Assembly (NCBI GenBank): GCA_050084985.1
Contig: JBITNC010000002.1
Span: 6,820,001-6,884,000, forward strand
DNA from: Nageia nagi
Taxonomy: Eukaryota; Plantae; Pinophyta
Direction: 5' to 3'
DNA: 64,000 nucleotides
Shown here: in pieces, positions 38,866 to 51,298 of the stretch
Position numbering within the stretch: position 1 is the stretch's first letter
Layout: each line of letters begins with the position of its first letter
Position numbers and translations under genes: made by a program
Notes under the pieces: generated by a model
Seen by the model: the letters and a program-made list of their open reading frames with translations, nothing else
Told to the model about the DNA's origin: nothing
The model's database searches: none

Positions 38866-39602
38866 AAACCCTTAACCCTTAATTTGTAATCCCTAAACCC
38901 TAACCCTTAACCCTAACCAGTAACCCTAACCCCTAAACCTTTAAACCTTAACACTTGAACCATAACCCTTAACCCTAACCTCTAACCCCTACACTTTAAC
39001 CTCTAATCTAAATCCCTAACCTAAACCCCTTACCCTAACCTTAAGCTTTAACCCAAACCCCTAACACCTAACCCTAACTGAAAACCCAAACCCTTAACAC
39101 TAACCCATAACCCTTAAACCTTCAACCCTTAAACTATAACCCCTAAACCCTAACTACTAACCCTAACCATTAAGTTTAATCCCAACCCTTGAACCCTAAA
39201 CCTTAAACCTTTAAACCCTAACCCTTAACCCTAACCTCTAACCCTAACCCCTAAACCTTAACCTCTAACTTAAACCGCTAACCCTAACCCTTAATTCCCA
39301 ACCCCTAAACCTATAAATGCTAACCTTGAACCCTAACCACTAAACATAACCTTGAAGCCCTAAACCCTAACCCTTGAACCTTAACCCTTAAGCTTTTAAA
39401 CCTTAACACTTGAACCATAACCCTAACCCCTAACACTTAACCTCTAACCTAAACCCCTAACCCAAACCCCTTACCCTAACCCTAACCTTTAACCCAAATC
39501 CGTAACACCTAATTCCTAACCCTTACCCATAATCCTTAAACCCCCAACTCTTTAATTGTAACCCCTAAACCCTAACCATTAACCCTTAAACCTTAACCCC
39601 TA
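38866..39602. repeat. Degenerate telomere-like array, C-rich on + strand (CCCTAA/CCCTAAA/CCCTTAA mix)
   Basis: About 740 bp of AACCCT variants with an internal duplication (about 38935-39160 vs 39395-39600). Confidence 0.95.
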
Positions 39603-40633
39603 ATTTTATTTATTTAGTATTTTTAATTATAATTTTTTAATATTTATATTTAAAATTTTTTATTATTAATTTTTTAATTATTAATATTTATAACTTTTTA
39701 ATACTTATATTTATAGTTTTTTAATTATTAAAAATTAGTATTATAATTTTTTTTCGTTGTTTATCATTCTTAACATAGCTACTGATGCATCCCTTAACAC
39801 CATAAGAGGTGTGCATCAACAAAGGGGTTGATGTAACTCCTGATGTAGATCTCGACGCAAAGTGCATCAAAAATTACATCAAATCAAACTAACCCTAATG
39901 AAAAATGAGAAAGACAAACCTATCACTTTCATTCTAATCATTTTTTTTCCAAACTTGAGGTGTATTTTCTCAGGAGAAGGGTTTATGCTACCAATAAGTG
40001 TTTTTTACTAATTGTTTTGAAGATTTGAACTTGATTTATCAATTTTTATCTAATTTGTCAATTATTTTTACAAATTTTTGCAGGAGAAGTTGTTTTTGTC
40101 ATCATTTCTTCAAAATTTTCAAATATTTGAGGAGGTAAGTACAATTCACCTATTTTCTATAAACTTTTCCTAAATTATTGTAAGTTAAAAAAATGAGATT
40201 TAAAAAAAAAACTAGGGTTCTTCTAGAAAATCTAGATTTTTTAGTAAATAATTTAGAGTTTACTAAAAAAACCTAAGGTTTGAACTAAAAAAAAAAAAAC
40301 TTAGGAATTTTACTTAAAAAATATAGAACAAAAAAGAAACATAAAACAACATACACGGATGCTCAAGCTATCCAAATTTGTATGATGCCTTGAGCTTGCC
40401 CAAGAAATTTTGCTCCAATTTTACCAAATTATGCACAAAATTACTTTGTGAATATAGGAATGAAACACATTCATAGTATTTATAGTTTTTACTATTTTAA
40501 AATAATATAAATTATAAATAATATATAAATTTTAAAATAATATATAAATTTTATTATAATTTAATAAATTTTAATTAGGATTATGGTTATGATAAATTTT
40601 AAAATAATATAAATTTTAAAACAATAATGATGT

Positions 40634-41690
40634 GGGTTAAGGGTAAGAGTTAGAGGGTTTGGATAAGGAGTGAAGGGTTAGGATTTGGGGTTATGGTTAT
40701 GATTTAGGGGTTAGGGGTTTGGGTTAAGGGTTAAGGTTAGGGGTTAGGATTTGAGGTTAGGGTATGGGATTAGGGTTTAAGGGTCAGGGTTTAACAGTTA
40801 AGGGTTGTAGTTAGGGTTTAAGAGTTAAGGGTTTGGGTTAGGAGTTATGTTTTAATGTTTATAGTTAACGTTTAAGGGTTAGGGATTAGGGGTTAGGTTT
40901 TAAGGGTTACAATTAGCATTTAAGGGTTAAGGGTTAGAGTAAGGTGTTAGTGTTTGGAGTTAGGGTTAGGGTTTAGGGGTTAAAGGTTATAATTAGAGTT
41001 TAAGGGTTAAGATTTGAGGTTATGGTTAGGGATATGGTTATGGTTATGATTTAGAGGTTATGGTTAGGGGTTAGGGTTTGGGTTTAAGGGTTTGGATTAG
41101 GCATTAGGGTTTGGGTTTAGGGGTTAGGGTTTAATTGTTAGGGGTTTGGATTTGGTTTTGGGTTAAAGGTTAGGGTTTAGGGGTTAGGTTTTAAGGGTTA
41201 AGGGTTACAATCAAGGTTTAAAGGTTAGGGTTTGGAGTTATGGTAAGAAATTTTGAGGTCAAGATTAAGGTTATGGTTATAAATTTTGGGGTTAAGGTTA
41301 CAATTAAGGGTTAGGGTTTGGTGTTAGGGTTTAGGGGTTAAGTTATAAGGGTTACAATTAGGGTTTAAGGGTTAAGAGTTATAGTTAAGGTTTAAGTGTT
41401 AATGGTTTGGGTTAGGAGTTAGGTTTTAAGGATTACAATTAAGGTTAGGGGTTTGGGTTAAGGATTAGTGTTAGGGATTAGTGTTTAAGGGTTAGGGATT
41501 ATTATTTGGGTTAGGGGTTAGGGTTTAGGTTTAAGGTTAGAATTAAGGTTTGGGGTTAAGGTTTAGGGGTTAATGTATAAGTGTTATAATTAGGGTTTAA
41601 GGGTTAGGGGTTTGGGTTTGGGTTAGGTTAGGTTTTAAGAATTACAATTAGGTTTACTATTTAGAGGTTTCAAACATTTAGGGTTAGGAA
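40634..41690. repeat. Degenerate telomere-like array, G-rich on + strand (TTAGGG/TTTAGGG/TTAAGGG mix)
   Basis: About 1050 bp of AGGGTT variants. Confidence 0.95.
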
Positions 41691-42490
41691 TTTGTATGAA
41701 TATCCTACAAAACTACCAGAAAAACTAAAACATGGAAAAAATACACATAGTAACAATAGTGAAAACCATGAAATCAAAACTCAAACGATGATGCAAAATT
41801 ATACAATATTTTACACTTGTTATAACCAAACAACCCAGTACTCAAACTAGGAAGAGATTCCATCAAAACTCTTACAAAATTTCCAACATGCAGATGTTAA
41901 AGAAACTATCTTTTAAATCTAAATTTTAGAATACAAATACCTGCATTAGAAATTCATGTACCAAATACTACTTACCAACACAAGTCTTTTATCTTCCTGC
42001 CAATAACAACCACCATCCAAAACAACAACCTTGTCCACTATTTTCTTCCAAAAAAATCTGTAAATCTTGAATTATCGAGATGCATGTATATCATCTCAAC
42101 ATTTGGCACAAGCATTACAATCTTCCACACCTTATAATCTTCTAATAGCTTTCACTTCGTCCCTCCTCGGAAGCATATCCAATGGAGTTTTATAGACTTC
42201 CTTGAACTTGGCATCCCTTCTCAATGTTGGCCAAAGAGGTTATCCTACCAATTACAAAGCGCATGAAAACCAATGTCATTATGAAAACATTTAGGGTTAG
42301 GACTTTGCAAAACCAATTAGGGTTAAGATATCAAGTTTAATTAAAAAAAATAATGGCATTAGGCTTTTTTTAATTTATGACATTATGCTTAATTTTTTTA
42401 TGACATGAAGTTTAATTTTTTTTTAAATTATGACTTGAAGTTTTATACTGATTATATTAAATTTTTTATTACTTTGATTTAGTGATCATC

Positions 42491-44038
42491 ATGATGGGAA
42501 AGAAAAGACATGGAAAAGACCAATTACCTTATGATCCTACAAAGGACAAGAAAGTGCTAGTATCAATATTTATTAATGTAATATCAATAAATTTTAATTA
42601 ACGCTTTGTTGATTTTATATAAGGCAAATTTTTTTCAAGGAGAGTTACCACGAGCAATGTTTAAAATTGTGAAGAGAATATTTACATCTAAAGAAATAGA
42701 GCATGAAATGGGTATTGGAACTTCCTCTAGATCTACAGCTGCCACAAGCAGTAGATCACACCCTACAACCACTCCACACGGTAATACTTTTTAATGATTT
42801 GTTAAAAATTTTATTTATGAATGAAGTAATATTGTTAAATTATTTATTTTTGAATTGGTTAAGTTGACATGATTGTTGAAAGTGCAGAGTTAGTTAATCA
42901 AGAGCCCTCGTTTTCAACATCGAAGGGACCAAAGAGGATTGAAATAAGGGTAAAAGAAGATGATGAAGTCATGCATGATGAAGTTAGTAAGAGTTGATTT
43001 TTGAAAAATTATATCTTTATATATAGATTTGCAATATATTAATTTAATCATTTATTCAAATATTGTTCAAGAAATTTTTTTATGATTGCCTCAAGGATGC
43101 TGCACATCTGTATTTTGATGCGACGTTGGATATGGAATGGAAGAAATAAGATAAAAAAAAGGTATATTTTTTTAAAAAAATTATTATTAATAGTAATTTA
43201 TAAAATCATTTTTCGTGATATTTAAAAATTTATTTTATAAAAAATAAAAACTACTTTTTTTATTTTTTTGTATTTTACAGCTAAAAGATAATTGATAGAT
43301 CAACTCAGGAAAGATTGGGGTTATGGGTGGAGTGCAGAAAGAGCACTCCAAATGGCAAGTCACAATTTGAATTGGAAAAGGGACCACTTAAGGCAATCCA
43401 TAAAATAGTTACCGCCAAACGATCGTTTGGGTGTCCGACCACCAACATGCACCAAGCAAATGTGGAGACAAATGGTATAAAAAGTGAATGATGAAGGGCG
43501 CCACACATCCACTAACGAACCTTCATTGTGGGAAAAAAACATCACATATGTGCATTTTTATCATATCAAAATTAGTTGGTGGTATGTATTGTACTAGTAG
43601 CCAAGGAAAACATGGAGTTGAGGTCAAATTTGTGAGTATTTGTAAATTATTTAATATTTTTTAAAAAATAGTTAAGTAATGGTAATATTGTTTAATTAAA
43701 TATATATATTTTTGTAGTACCAAAGATTTGGAAGACTTCCAGCAAAAGAATTAACTTATGGACTTAAAGAAGGTGTCGACAGATTGATCACATTGGTGGA
43801 GGAGGTAAGTAATTAGTGATAATTTATGAGCTTGTAATTTATTTTATAATGTAATTAAGATTTTTAAATTCGATTTATTTACTAACATTTATTTAATTTT
43901 TAATCACAACGAGATTCATCATTAGTTCTCGTACAGGTTGAGGATGATACTACTAAGTATAGGAGTGGTGGTGGTGATGGTGATGATGATGATCCACATA
44001 GTCCTCATTATGAGCTTGGTGATCAGGATGTTGATTGA
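42491..44038 (+). pseudogene. TnpA/Ptta-like CACTA second ORF, multi-exon, decayed
   Basis: Short GC-richer exons bounded by GT..AG (donors near 42781, 43162, 43632, 43805; acceptors near 42640, 43280, 43717); KRDHLRQ...RPPTCTKQMWRQMV and YQRFGRLP resemble the Transposase_24 region. Confidence 0.6.
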
Positions 44039-47000
44039 TGATACATTTATGATATCATTTGACATTTTAATATATTTACATCTTTTTGAGTTGAATTTTA
44101 TGTGTTGAGTTGAATTTTATATTTATTTGTTTAATTCATTTTAATTTAATAAAATAAAATTAATTTTATCTAAAAAATATTAAAATACAATATAAAAAAT
44201 TTGCAAATATATAAGAATTAACAAATAAATTAAATTTATATATACACACACACACCTCCTGATGCAATTCTTGATGCTAGAGAAGACACCAAACCAATAA
44301 ATTACAATTATCAAGTGATGCTATTGATGACGCTAAAAAAACTTTTTTTGTATGTGGCAAAGCTATAAAATTGACGTTATGTATGGCGCAAAGGAAGACG
44401 CTTATCTAAAACTAAATGATGCTATACAAGATGTCTCGGAGCTGAAAATGAGGATGCTAAATTTGAACTTGTTGATGCAACTACAAACATAAATCAAGAT
44501 GCTACAAACAACACCATATTCACATAAATTGACGTTGCAGAAGATGCCCATGTTACCGTAAATAATGATGCAAAATTTCAGAAATTTGACACAATGATAA
44601 CGCTACCATAAACACTATTGTATTTTGTGATGACTCAAAAAATGTCGTCGTTGATGTGTACGTTAGCGTCATACTCGGCATCAAGATTTGAGGAATGTAA
44701 AAAAAAAGTAGCAAAGGGGTCTAACATGCACCCTGACACTAAATGCATTTTGTGTTGTAATAGGGACTTAGGGAAAAAGAGGCACCAAAAGATCTTACTA
44801 TTTGTTTTCAACATATTGATGATTTTTTAATCTTTTTACAACAATATATTCTCTCTTTTTATTTTTAAGGAGGTTATGGTAAGTTATTTTAGCCTCTTTA
44901 CTCATCGAAGGGTTGTGTTGCTTAACAAAGTGTATGAGTTTATGGAAGGTCTTGCATTCATTATCAAATCATTAGTTACAAGGGCAATGGCCATGGTGAG
45001 AGCAAGGGGTTGGAGTGTTGATGTTATGGGGGAAGGATTCAATGACAACTAACCGAAGGGCTTTATAGAAGAGATTCGCCTACAAAATGGGATCTTGTAT
45101 ATGGTGGAGATTAGTGAGATGCTTGTTTAGGTTTTTTATATAAATATGATTAAGATTGTGGTCAAAGGAGATGTGGGGGGTAAAGGGGTAAGAAGAGGGA
45201 GTGTGGGTGGTAGGTTGTGGTGAGGGGTAGGGGCAGGGTGAGATAAGTGTGATCAGATAGGGTTGGAGTATCGAAGATACTAAAATCAATGATAGAAAAG
45301 GTGAACAAGAGATAAGCTAAAGTTTAACTAGTTTAGATATCTTAAATATATATCTACAAAATGTCAAGAGGTATCATTCTCGAGGCATCTATCTTAAATA
45401 TATCTATACCTTAGATAAAATACTATTAATAAAAAATATAACAAAAAGTATAAATAAAAATGCAATTAATATCTCATTATTTATAAAAACTTAATAAATA
45501 TTACATAACAATAATTAAATACGAAATACAAATTAAAGAATTATGGATTCTTTTTTTAATGTCGACTCATTCTTATTATTATTTTTAAATGTTTAATTAA
45601 TTATTAAAATATTTTATTTATTTCAATTATTTTTTAAATATAGTCGAACTATTATAATTTTAAATTTATTAAAGTTAATTTTATAATATTGAATTTATTA
45701 GTTGGCCATTTTATATATATATATATATTTTAATTTGACAATTGGACATTTGGATCCTTGCTCTCCCTTTGGATGCCATTGTACGATACCTCTTAACGTA
45801 ATAAATCACATTATTACCACCAAGTAGAATTACCCTTAAGGAATCGAGCAATCATAGTCAAGATGACCTAATCATGTGCTTCTCCCAAGTTGAGCAAATG
45901 TTTTCCATAAGATATGTTCACATCATCTGACAATTGTGTTAGGCCTAAGTCATTGAGATCAATCTCCAACAACCTAAGAGGATATGAAGAAAATATTATG
46001 TAAACGACATTATGATGTGTTTGTTCATACATTACAATTCTCTAATAACATGACTTCACTAAGAAGAAAAATTGGGTGATCTCAATATAAAGATCTAGGC
46101 AACCAAGTAGGGTGAGTCACCATTATCTACAATAGAATGTAATGAGTAAGAGGAAAGTAACAAATAGCAATGTAAAGATGTCGTGATGTTGGCTTATTAT
46201 CAAAAGAGATCCAAATGTATCTAACATGAAGATATGAATATTTAAGGCAAATGCATGAAATCAAGCACTCATGGTAAAGCAAGCAACACCTCCAAAGCCT
46301 TTAGTACCCCTTGCTGAGTTTTCATTCTATAGCCACAAAACCAAGAGTAACTTGATGTAGAAGTGAAAGGTCACCTAATATGGAATGAGAAAAATGCTAA
46401 ATCCAAAAATGAAATATAATGATTCACCTAACATGAATTACAAATAAACATTACATTATTTAACCTTCCAAATCTTATCCGCTAATAGAATTTGGCTTTA
46501 TTAACAATGCACTTAACAGTTTAATATCCTTTCATATAATTCTACATGACAAATTTTCTAATGCTCTTTGACCAAGGTCAAACAAAGCTTTGATTGTCAT
46601 AGAATGAACTTGATTCAACTTTTAATCATTAAGACTTTTTATTATCTTGATTATTTGATTGTTATTTCATCAAAGATAATAAATGTTTGTTCTATATGAT
46701 TAAAAAAATATAATCCTCCCATTCATAGTACCATCATAATCCATGCAACAAATAAAATCTTTATTTTAAATTTTTGTTTCATATAATAAAAACACAACTC
46801 GTTCACTACATCACAAACACAACTCACCATCGCAATCCACCCATCAAAAATCACAATCCTCGACACCCATCAAAAATTCCATTTTGGTAATGTACAAATA
46901 TTTGGTAATGTTCATTCAAACCTAATTGTAGCAGGGACTAATAAAAATGATGTAGTAAAAGAACGAAGAATATTAAATTTTGAAATGTCAACACGTTTAT

Positions 47001-48214
47001 ATGCTTGGGAACTAATATTCAACATTCCTATTAAAAATATATTGATGTTTTTGTTCGTATAAGATGTTACTGAAAACTTGGCCTTATAAATTAAAAACCT
47101 ATTATATTGATATTTGTACAGCATAAAATCCTGTGAAACAAATTTTTTTTTAATAAAAACCTGCTTAACATTTAATTGTGTATAATTTTAGGACAAGCAG
47201 TTCAAGAGATATTCAAAACTTGGTCTTATAAATTAGGTATTTTGAAATACCCTCTAAAACATCTGTAAATTTTTAAAAAAATTGTTCTTATTTTTTACTC
47301 TAATAGATTAAGAAAATTTCAGAAAATAAGAAAATTCCACGTCAGGCACCATCAGAAAAGGATCAAAGAATGATACAGTCAGTCAATTTGCAAACATCTA
47401 TCAATTATCTGATCTATTTCTCATCCAAGTAGTATATAAATGCTGGTATTGATCTAAATACAAATGCAAATCCCCATGTTCAGTATAGAGGTGTGATTAT
47501 TTGATATTTACCAGTTCTAGTTATTTTCTTCCCACATCAGGTGTGCTCCAAGTCCAGGGTAATCAGGACTCCTGCCCTACGTTTGTTGTATCCCTTGATA
47601 GATTTTGCATCAGCTAAACAATGAGCTTGAGTATTCTAACAAGTGTTGGTTATTGTTTTGAGACTTGTGTTTTAGCAGCTCAAAATCTAATTCATAAGAT
47701 TGTCCATGCTGTAACCAAAGAAGACTCTAATAAAAACATCCTCTACCATTAGGAAGTGGCAGCACAAGAATATACCATCCTTAAACAGGTTTCTAAGGAT
47801 CTGCCAACCACATTATATCAATGCTATTCTCAAGTAACTGCATTACATTGAAGAAGTCTTCCACATGATAGTACAAGAATAGAACACATACCTGTCCATT
47901 TCATCATTCTACACTAATCATTTGAAAATGCTTGGCTCACAAGGAATGATCCACAACAACATAATGAAAGTTGCAAAAATGTGTGGATAGCTCAGTGCTA
48001 ACAGGATTCAAAGATAAATGTCATTATATCACAAAACCCTGAAATGCAAACATCCTCCATGCCTTACTATTCACAATGAAGCAACGGAAAGTGCCAATTA
48101 ACAATTCTAGCCACAAGTTCGAAAAGGCTTAAATCCTCAATTAATAAAGCACAAGTTAGAACTAACCTGCCAGGTCAAATTACAATTTGACGAGACTATG
48201 ATCCACCCAAAATG

Positions 48215-48487
48215 CTAGCTATCTATGGATGAAACTGATACAAGCTCAATGGGCCGAGAATCACAACACAATTTACAGATGGCTGACACAGTGGTGGAAT
48301 TACTGCTACCCTCTCGTTGGATTCTCTCAAGTACTTCCACTACCCTACAATTGTTTGGGTCATCCTCCTTTCTCTTCTTCAATCTGTGTATGCCAAAAGA
48401 GGTTGCATCATCCTCACATCCACTTCTGCTGGAAGCCCAATTATGACTGCTGATAGGCCCTGAACATGAACATCCATAATCATCACC
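48215..48487 (-). CDS. BBX28/29-like B-box protein, copy 1, exon 2 (90 aa plus stop)
   Basis: Acceptor GTACAG|GGT at 48488/48487, phase 0; GDDYGCS..EDDATS..LKKRK..AICKL; conserved with copy 2. Confidence 0.88.
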   Translation of the reverse strand, partial: GDDYGCSCSGPISSHNWASSRSGCEDDATSFGIHRLKKRKEDDPNNCRVVEVLERIQREGSSNSTTVSAICKLCCDSRPIELVSVSSIDS

Positions 48488-48619
48488 CTGTACACCAAAG
48501 TTCCACATCCATGAAATCAGCATTTTTCTAACATACATCCAAGACAAGCAATTGATAGCAATCAGGCACAACAATTCTCTTCGGCAGCATTCTTTCAAAT
48601 GCGCTTCTTAAGTTTCAAG

Positions 48620-48721
48620 AAGCTCCCAATCCAAATAATATTGAGTATATTGGTGATTCAGTACTATGTCAAGAACATCCCAATCCAAATAACATTGGCT
48701 AAACTGGTGATTCAGTACTAT
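48620..48721. repeat. About 53-bp tandem duplication in the copy 1 intron
   Basis: CCCAATCCAAATAA...GGTGATTCAGTACTAT occurs twice; single in copy 2 (58264). Confidence 0.85.
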
Positions 48722-49600
48722 CCTGCATACTTGTGATGATTGAACTGTTAGTCATAGCAACAGAAACTAACCACGAAATAGAATGACGTTCCAAACTCAT
48801 GAGCGGTTGACTTAGTCAGATAGAGGCCAAAATCTTAAGATCAATAATCCTATCCAGATCCAAAAAGACAATGCAGATCTTTAGGTTGAAAGTCAACTGA
48901 TCTAGGATATTTTCCTCACACATCCTGACTATCCATCGTAAATCAGGTTCCCTACATTAAATAATAGTTAAATTTGATGAAAAAATAAACCTTGAACCCG
49001 CAAGAGCTTTGGTAGCTAAGTTGGTAGACACAAATTAATGGCCGATGCAAGGTATGTGTCCAGAATAGGGAAAATAAAAGCAAATTAATTACCTAATCGA
49101 AAATGATATGATTACAGAATAGTCTCTATCTTCCTTGATCTAAATTGCCAAGCAAGTCGCTGGAAAGATAACAGAAAAACAATGCATATTCATCAGAGTA
49201 GCAAATTTTCATGCCAATGTTTTAAACCTAATTAAAAATACCAAGTACGACCCAAACCCTAGGGCTGCAGGCAGGCATGGACAAGGAAAGTGGCATGGAA
49301 TATTCGGCCATCGAACGGCCTCAAGGCAAAATGCATCTCAAAACGAAACATGGAAGAACACCAGCTTCGAGCAAAGCAGAAGGTTCGCTATGAAACTACA
49401 ACAAACAAATGTAAGGACATGGAAGCCATGTACAGGTCGGGCTATGCATTAATCTAGCCACCGAAATTACACTCGGGGGTAAAATACACAGCACGGAGCC
49501 GCTTATATCTTCTCCTCCAACACAAGATTTCATCATAACCAAAAATTTAACCACGCAACAATTTTCACGCAAATAAAAAAAATTCAAGCCTAAAACCTAC

Positions 49601-50104
49601 CTCAGCGTTGCGAAGATCTAAGGTTTCGTGTCTGCGCTTGAGTCGCGAGCTCTCCGCGACGGGATTCGATCCCGAGACCGATCCCGCCAAGGGCAGCGTA
49701 CAGTTCTCAACATAGTGATGTTCGTGTTTATCGGCCTCTAACTCAAAATCTCCCTCATGCTCCTCCTCCTCCTCCTCGTCGGTGGAAGGAGAGCTCGGGG
49801 GCGGCCCCGAGACGCCGGAGGTAAACGGAACTACCTGATTCTCATCGTTCCCATCACCGTCTCCCTGGTGATCTCTGCTCCGCGCCACGCACTTCTCGCA
49901 AACGGAGACGGTCGGTCCAGGGTTCGAACCCGAGGCTTGCCATGCCGTGACGGCCTGGCAAACCTGGCAAAGCAAGCTCCGCGAGTGCCGCGCAACCAAA
50001 AAATTCGCTCCATGGACCATCGCATCGCATTTCCAGCAAAGGCTGGCCTCGTCCGACTCGCAGTACATTCTTGCCGCCATCTCGCAAAGCTCGCATTCTT
50101 TCAT
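49601..50104 (-). CDS. BBX28/29-like single B-box zinc finger protein, copy 1, exon 1 (168 aa; spliced protein 258 aa)
   Basis: CELC..AARMYCESDEASLCWKCDAMVHGANFLVARHSRSLLC..C, GPTVSVCEKC, ENQVVPF (ENQVVPW in Arabidopsis BBX28), acidic tract; donor GAG|GTAGGT at 49601/49600. Confidence 0.95.
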
Positions 50105-50147
50105 GATTCCCTCGTTAAATAACCCCTTCCGCGACGTCTCTCCACCT

Positions 50148-50380
50148 CAATCTTCGCAAGTTTTGGCTACTCCAAGGGATTCGAACCCGCTCTGATGATC
50201 TTCACAAATTTTTGTTACTCCAAAGGATTCGAACTCGCGCCGATCTTCACAAATTTTTGTTACTCCAAAGGATTCGAACTCGCGCCGATCTTCACAAATT
50301 TTTGTTATTCCAAAGGATTCGAGCCCACGTCGATCTTCACAAATTTTTGTTACTTCAAAGGATTCGAACCCGCGTCGATG
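50148..50380. repeat. 45-bp minisatellite (about 5 units) immediately upstream of the copy 1 ATG
   Basis: CGATCTTCACAAATTTTTGTTACTCCAAAGGATTCGAACTCGCGC starts at 50241, 50286 and 50331. Confidence 0.95.
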
Positions 50381-50524
50381 CTTGAAACCCCAGATCAAAT
50401 ATTAAAGGAATTCTAGTTGAGGGGGTCAAATTTTTCGTCCCCTGGTCCTATGTCCTGATCTGTTTTCCCAGGCTCGGGCCGAGCCTCGGCAACACAAAAT
50501 ATCGGGAACGAACGGCTTCGGCGG

Positions 50525-50685
50525 CGCCCACGTGTTGGCTAGTGACTCGTTGTACGAAGCGGTCGAAGTCTTGTGGCTCAGTTCCAAAGGGAAGATATTT
50601 GGCAGTATGACGTGGCGCTTGCATGGCAGGGGAAAAGAATCATCTGCGATCCACTTTGCAAATCGGATGTGCCAGGTGGCATGAC
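50525..50685 (-). promoter_or_regulatory. Light/clock-type cis-element cluster upstream of BBX copy 1
   Basis: G-box CACGTG 50529-50534; AAATATCT (evening-element core, minus strand) 50593-50600; TGACGTGGC 50608-50616; CCAGGTGGC about 50672. Confidence 0.55.
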
Positions 50686-51171
50686 TGCGTCCACAAGAAT
50701 TCTGGCGCGGCCCAAGTGAGACCATCCCCGTGGGGCCCGCACATCAAATTCTTGGGTGAATTTTTATGGCGTTATTTTTTATTCCATCTTGACCTCATCC
50801 TGTCCGTCGCTGTCAGTCGCATTTTCTTTTGCAGGAACGAATGGTAGCCACTCAAAAACGTGAGGAGGATAAGTAAAGGACTGACCTCATTAAACAACTA
50901 CGTACACCCAACTTCACCTCACTTGTCTTTTATGTGAGAAAAGTCTTGTTGTCGTTGCTCACGAGAAAACTCCAATGAATCAACGAAAAGGGGTATTTCT
51001 ATCTAGGCTAAAATCTGATTCTATTTGAAATAGTATGTACTAAATATTGAAGAAGTCTATATGTCAATATGGGATGTGTTTATATCAATAAAAAAAATGT
51101 TTTTTTTCGTATATTTGATAGTGTCAGATATGTGGTAGGGTTTGTTTTTTCTTTCGATGATGTTAAATATA

Positions 51172-51298
51172 ATAAACATCAGGTGTTTATCATTGTGATA
51201 AATGTCAAACATTTATTACATTGTAATGAACATCATGTGTTTATCATTGTAATAAACATCAAACATTTACTACATTGTATAAATGTCAGGTGTTTATA
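51172..51298. repeat. About 55-bp tandem repeat (2.3 units) with internal palindrome
   Basis: AACATCAGGTGTTTATCATTGTGATAAATGTCAAACATTTATTACATTGTA twice. Confidence 0.8.

Larger units (their letters stand above)
27814..44762. mobile_element. Large CACTA (En/Spm) element with divergent Tnp2 and TnpA-like genes
   Basis: Left TIR CACTACAATACAAAA at 27814; right end TTTTGTGTTGTAATA (decayed ...GTAGTG) ending at 44762; GACG/GATG subterminal repeats at 27900-28130 and 44260-44690; TSD does not match (TCC vs GGG), so the pairing is inferred. Confidence 0.7.

Noticed and set aside
38866-41690. Chromosome end-to-end fusion site
   Set aside because: A fusion gives TTAGGG then CCCTAA; the order here is the opposite and the arrays lie within CACTA sequence
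48488-48598. ORF start MKECC mimicking the BBX N-terminus
   Set aside because: Intronic read-through from a TTG start upstream of the true acceptor; not conserved in copy 2
49757-50195. Overlapping alternative-frame and antisense ORFs over BBX exon 1 (also 59924-60571)
   Set aside because: Expected by-product of a GC-rich exon; no recognisable domains
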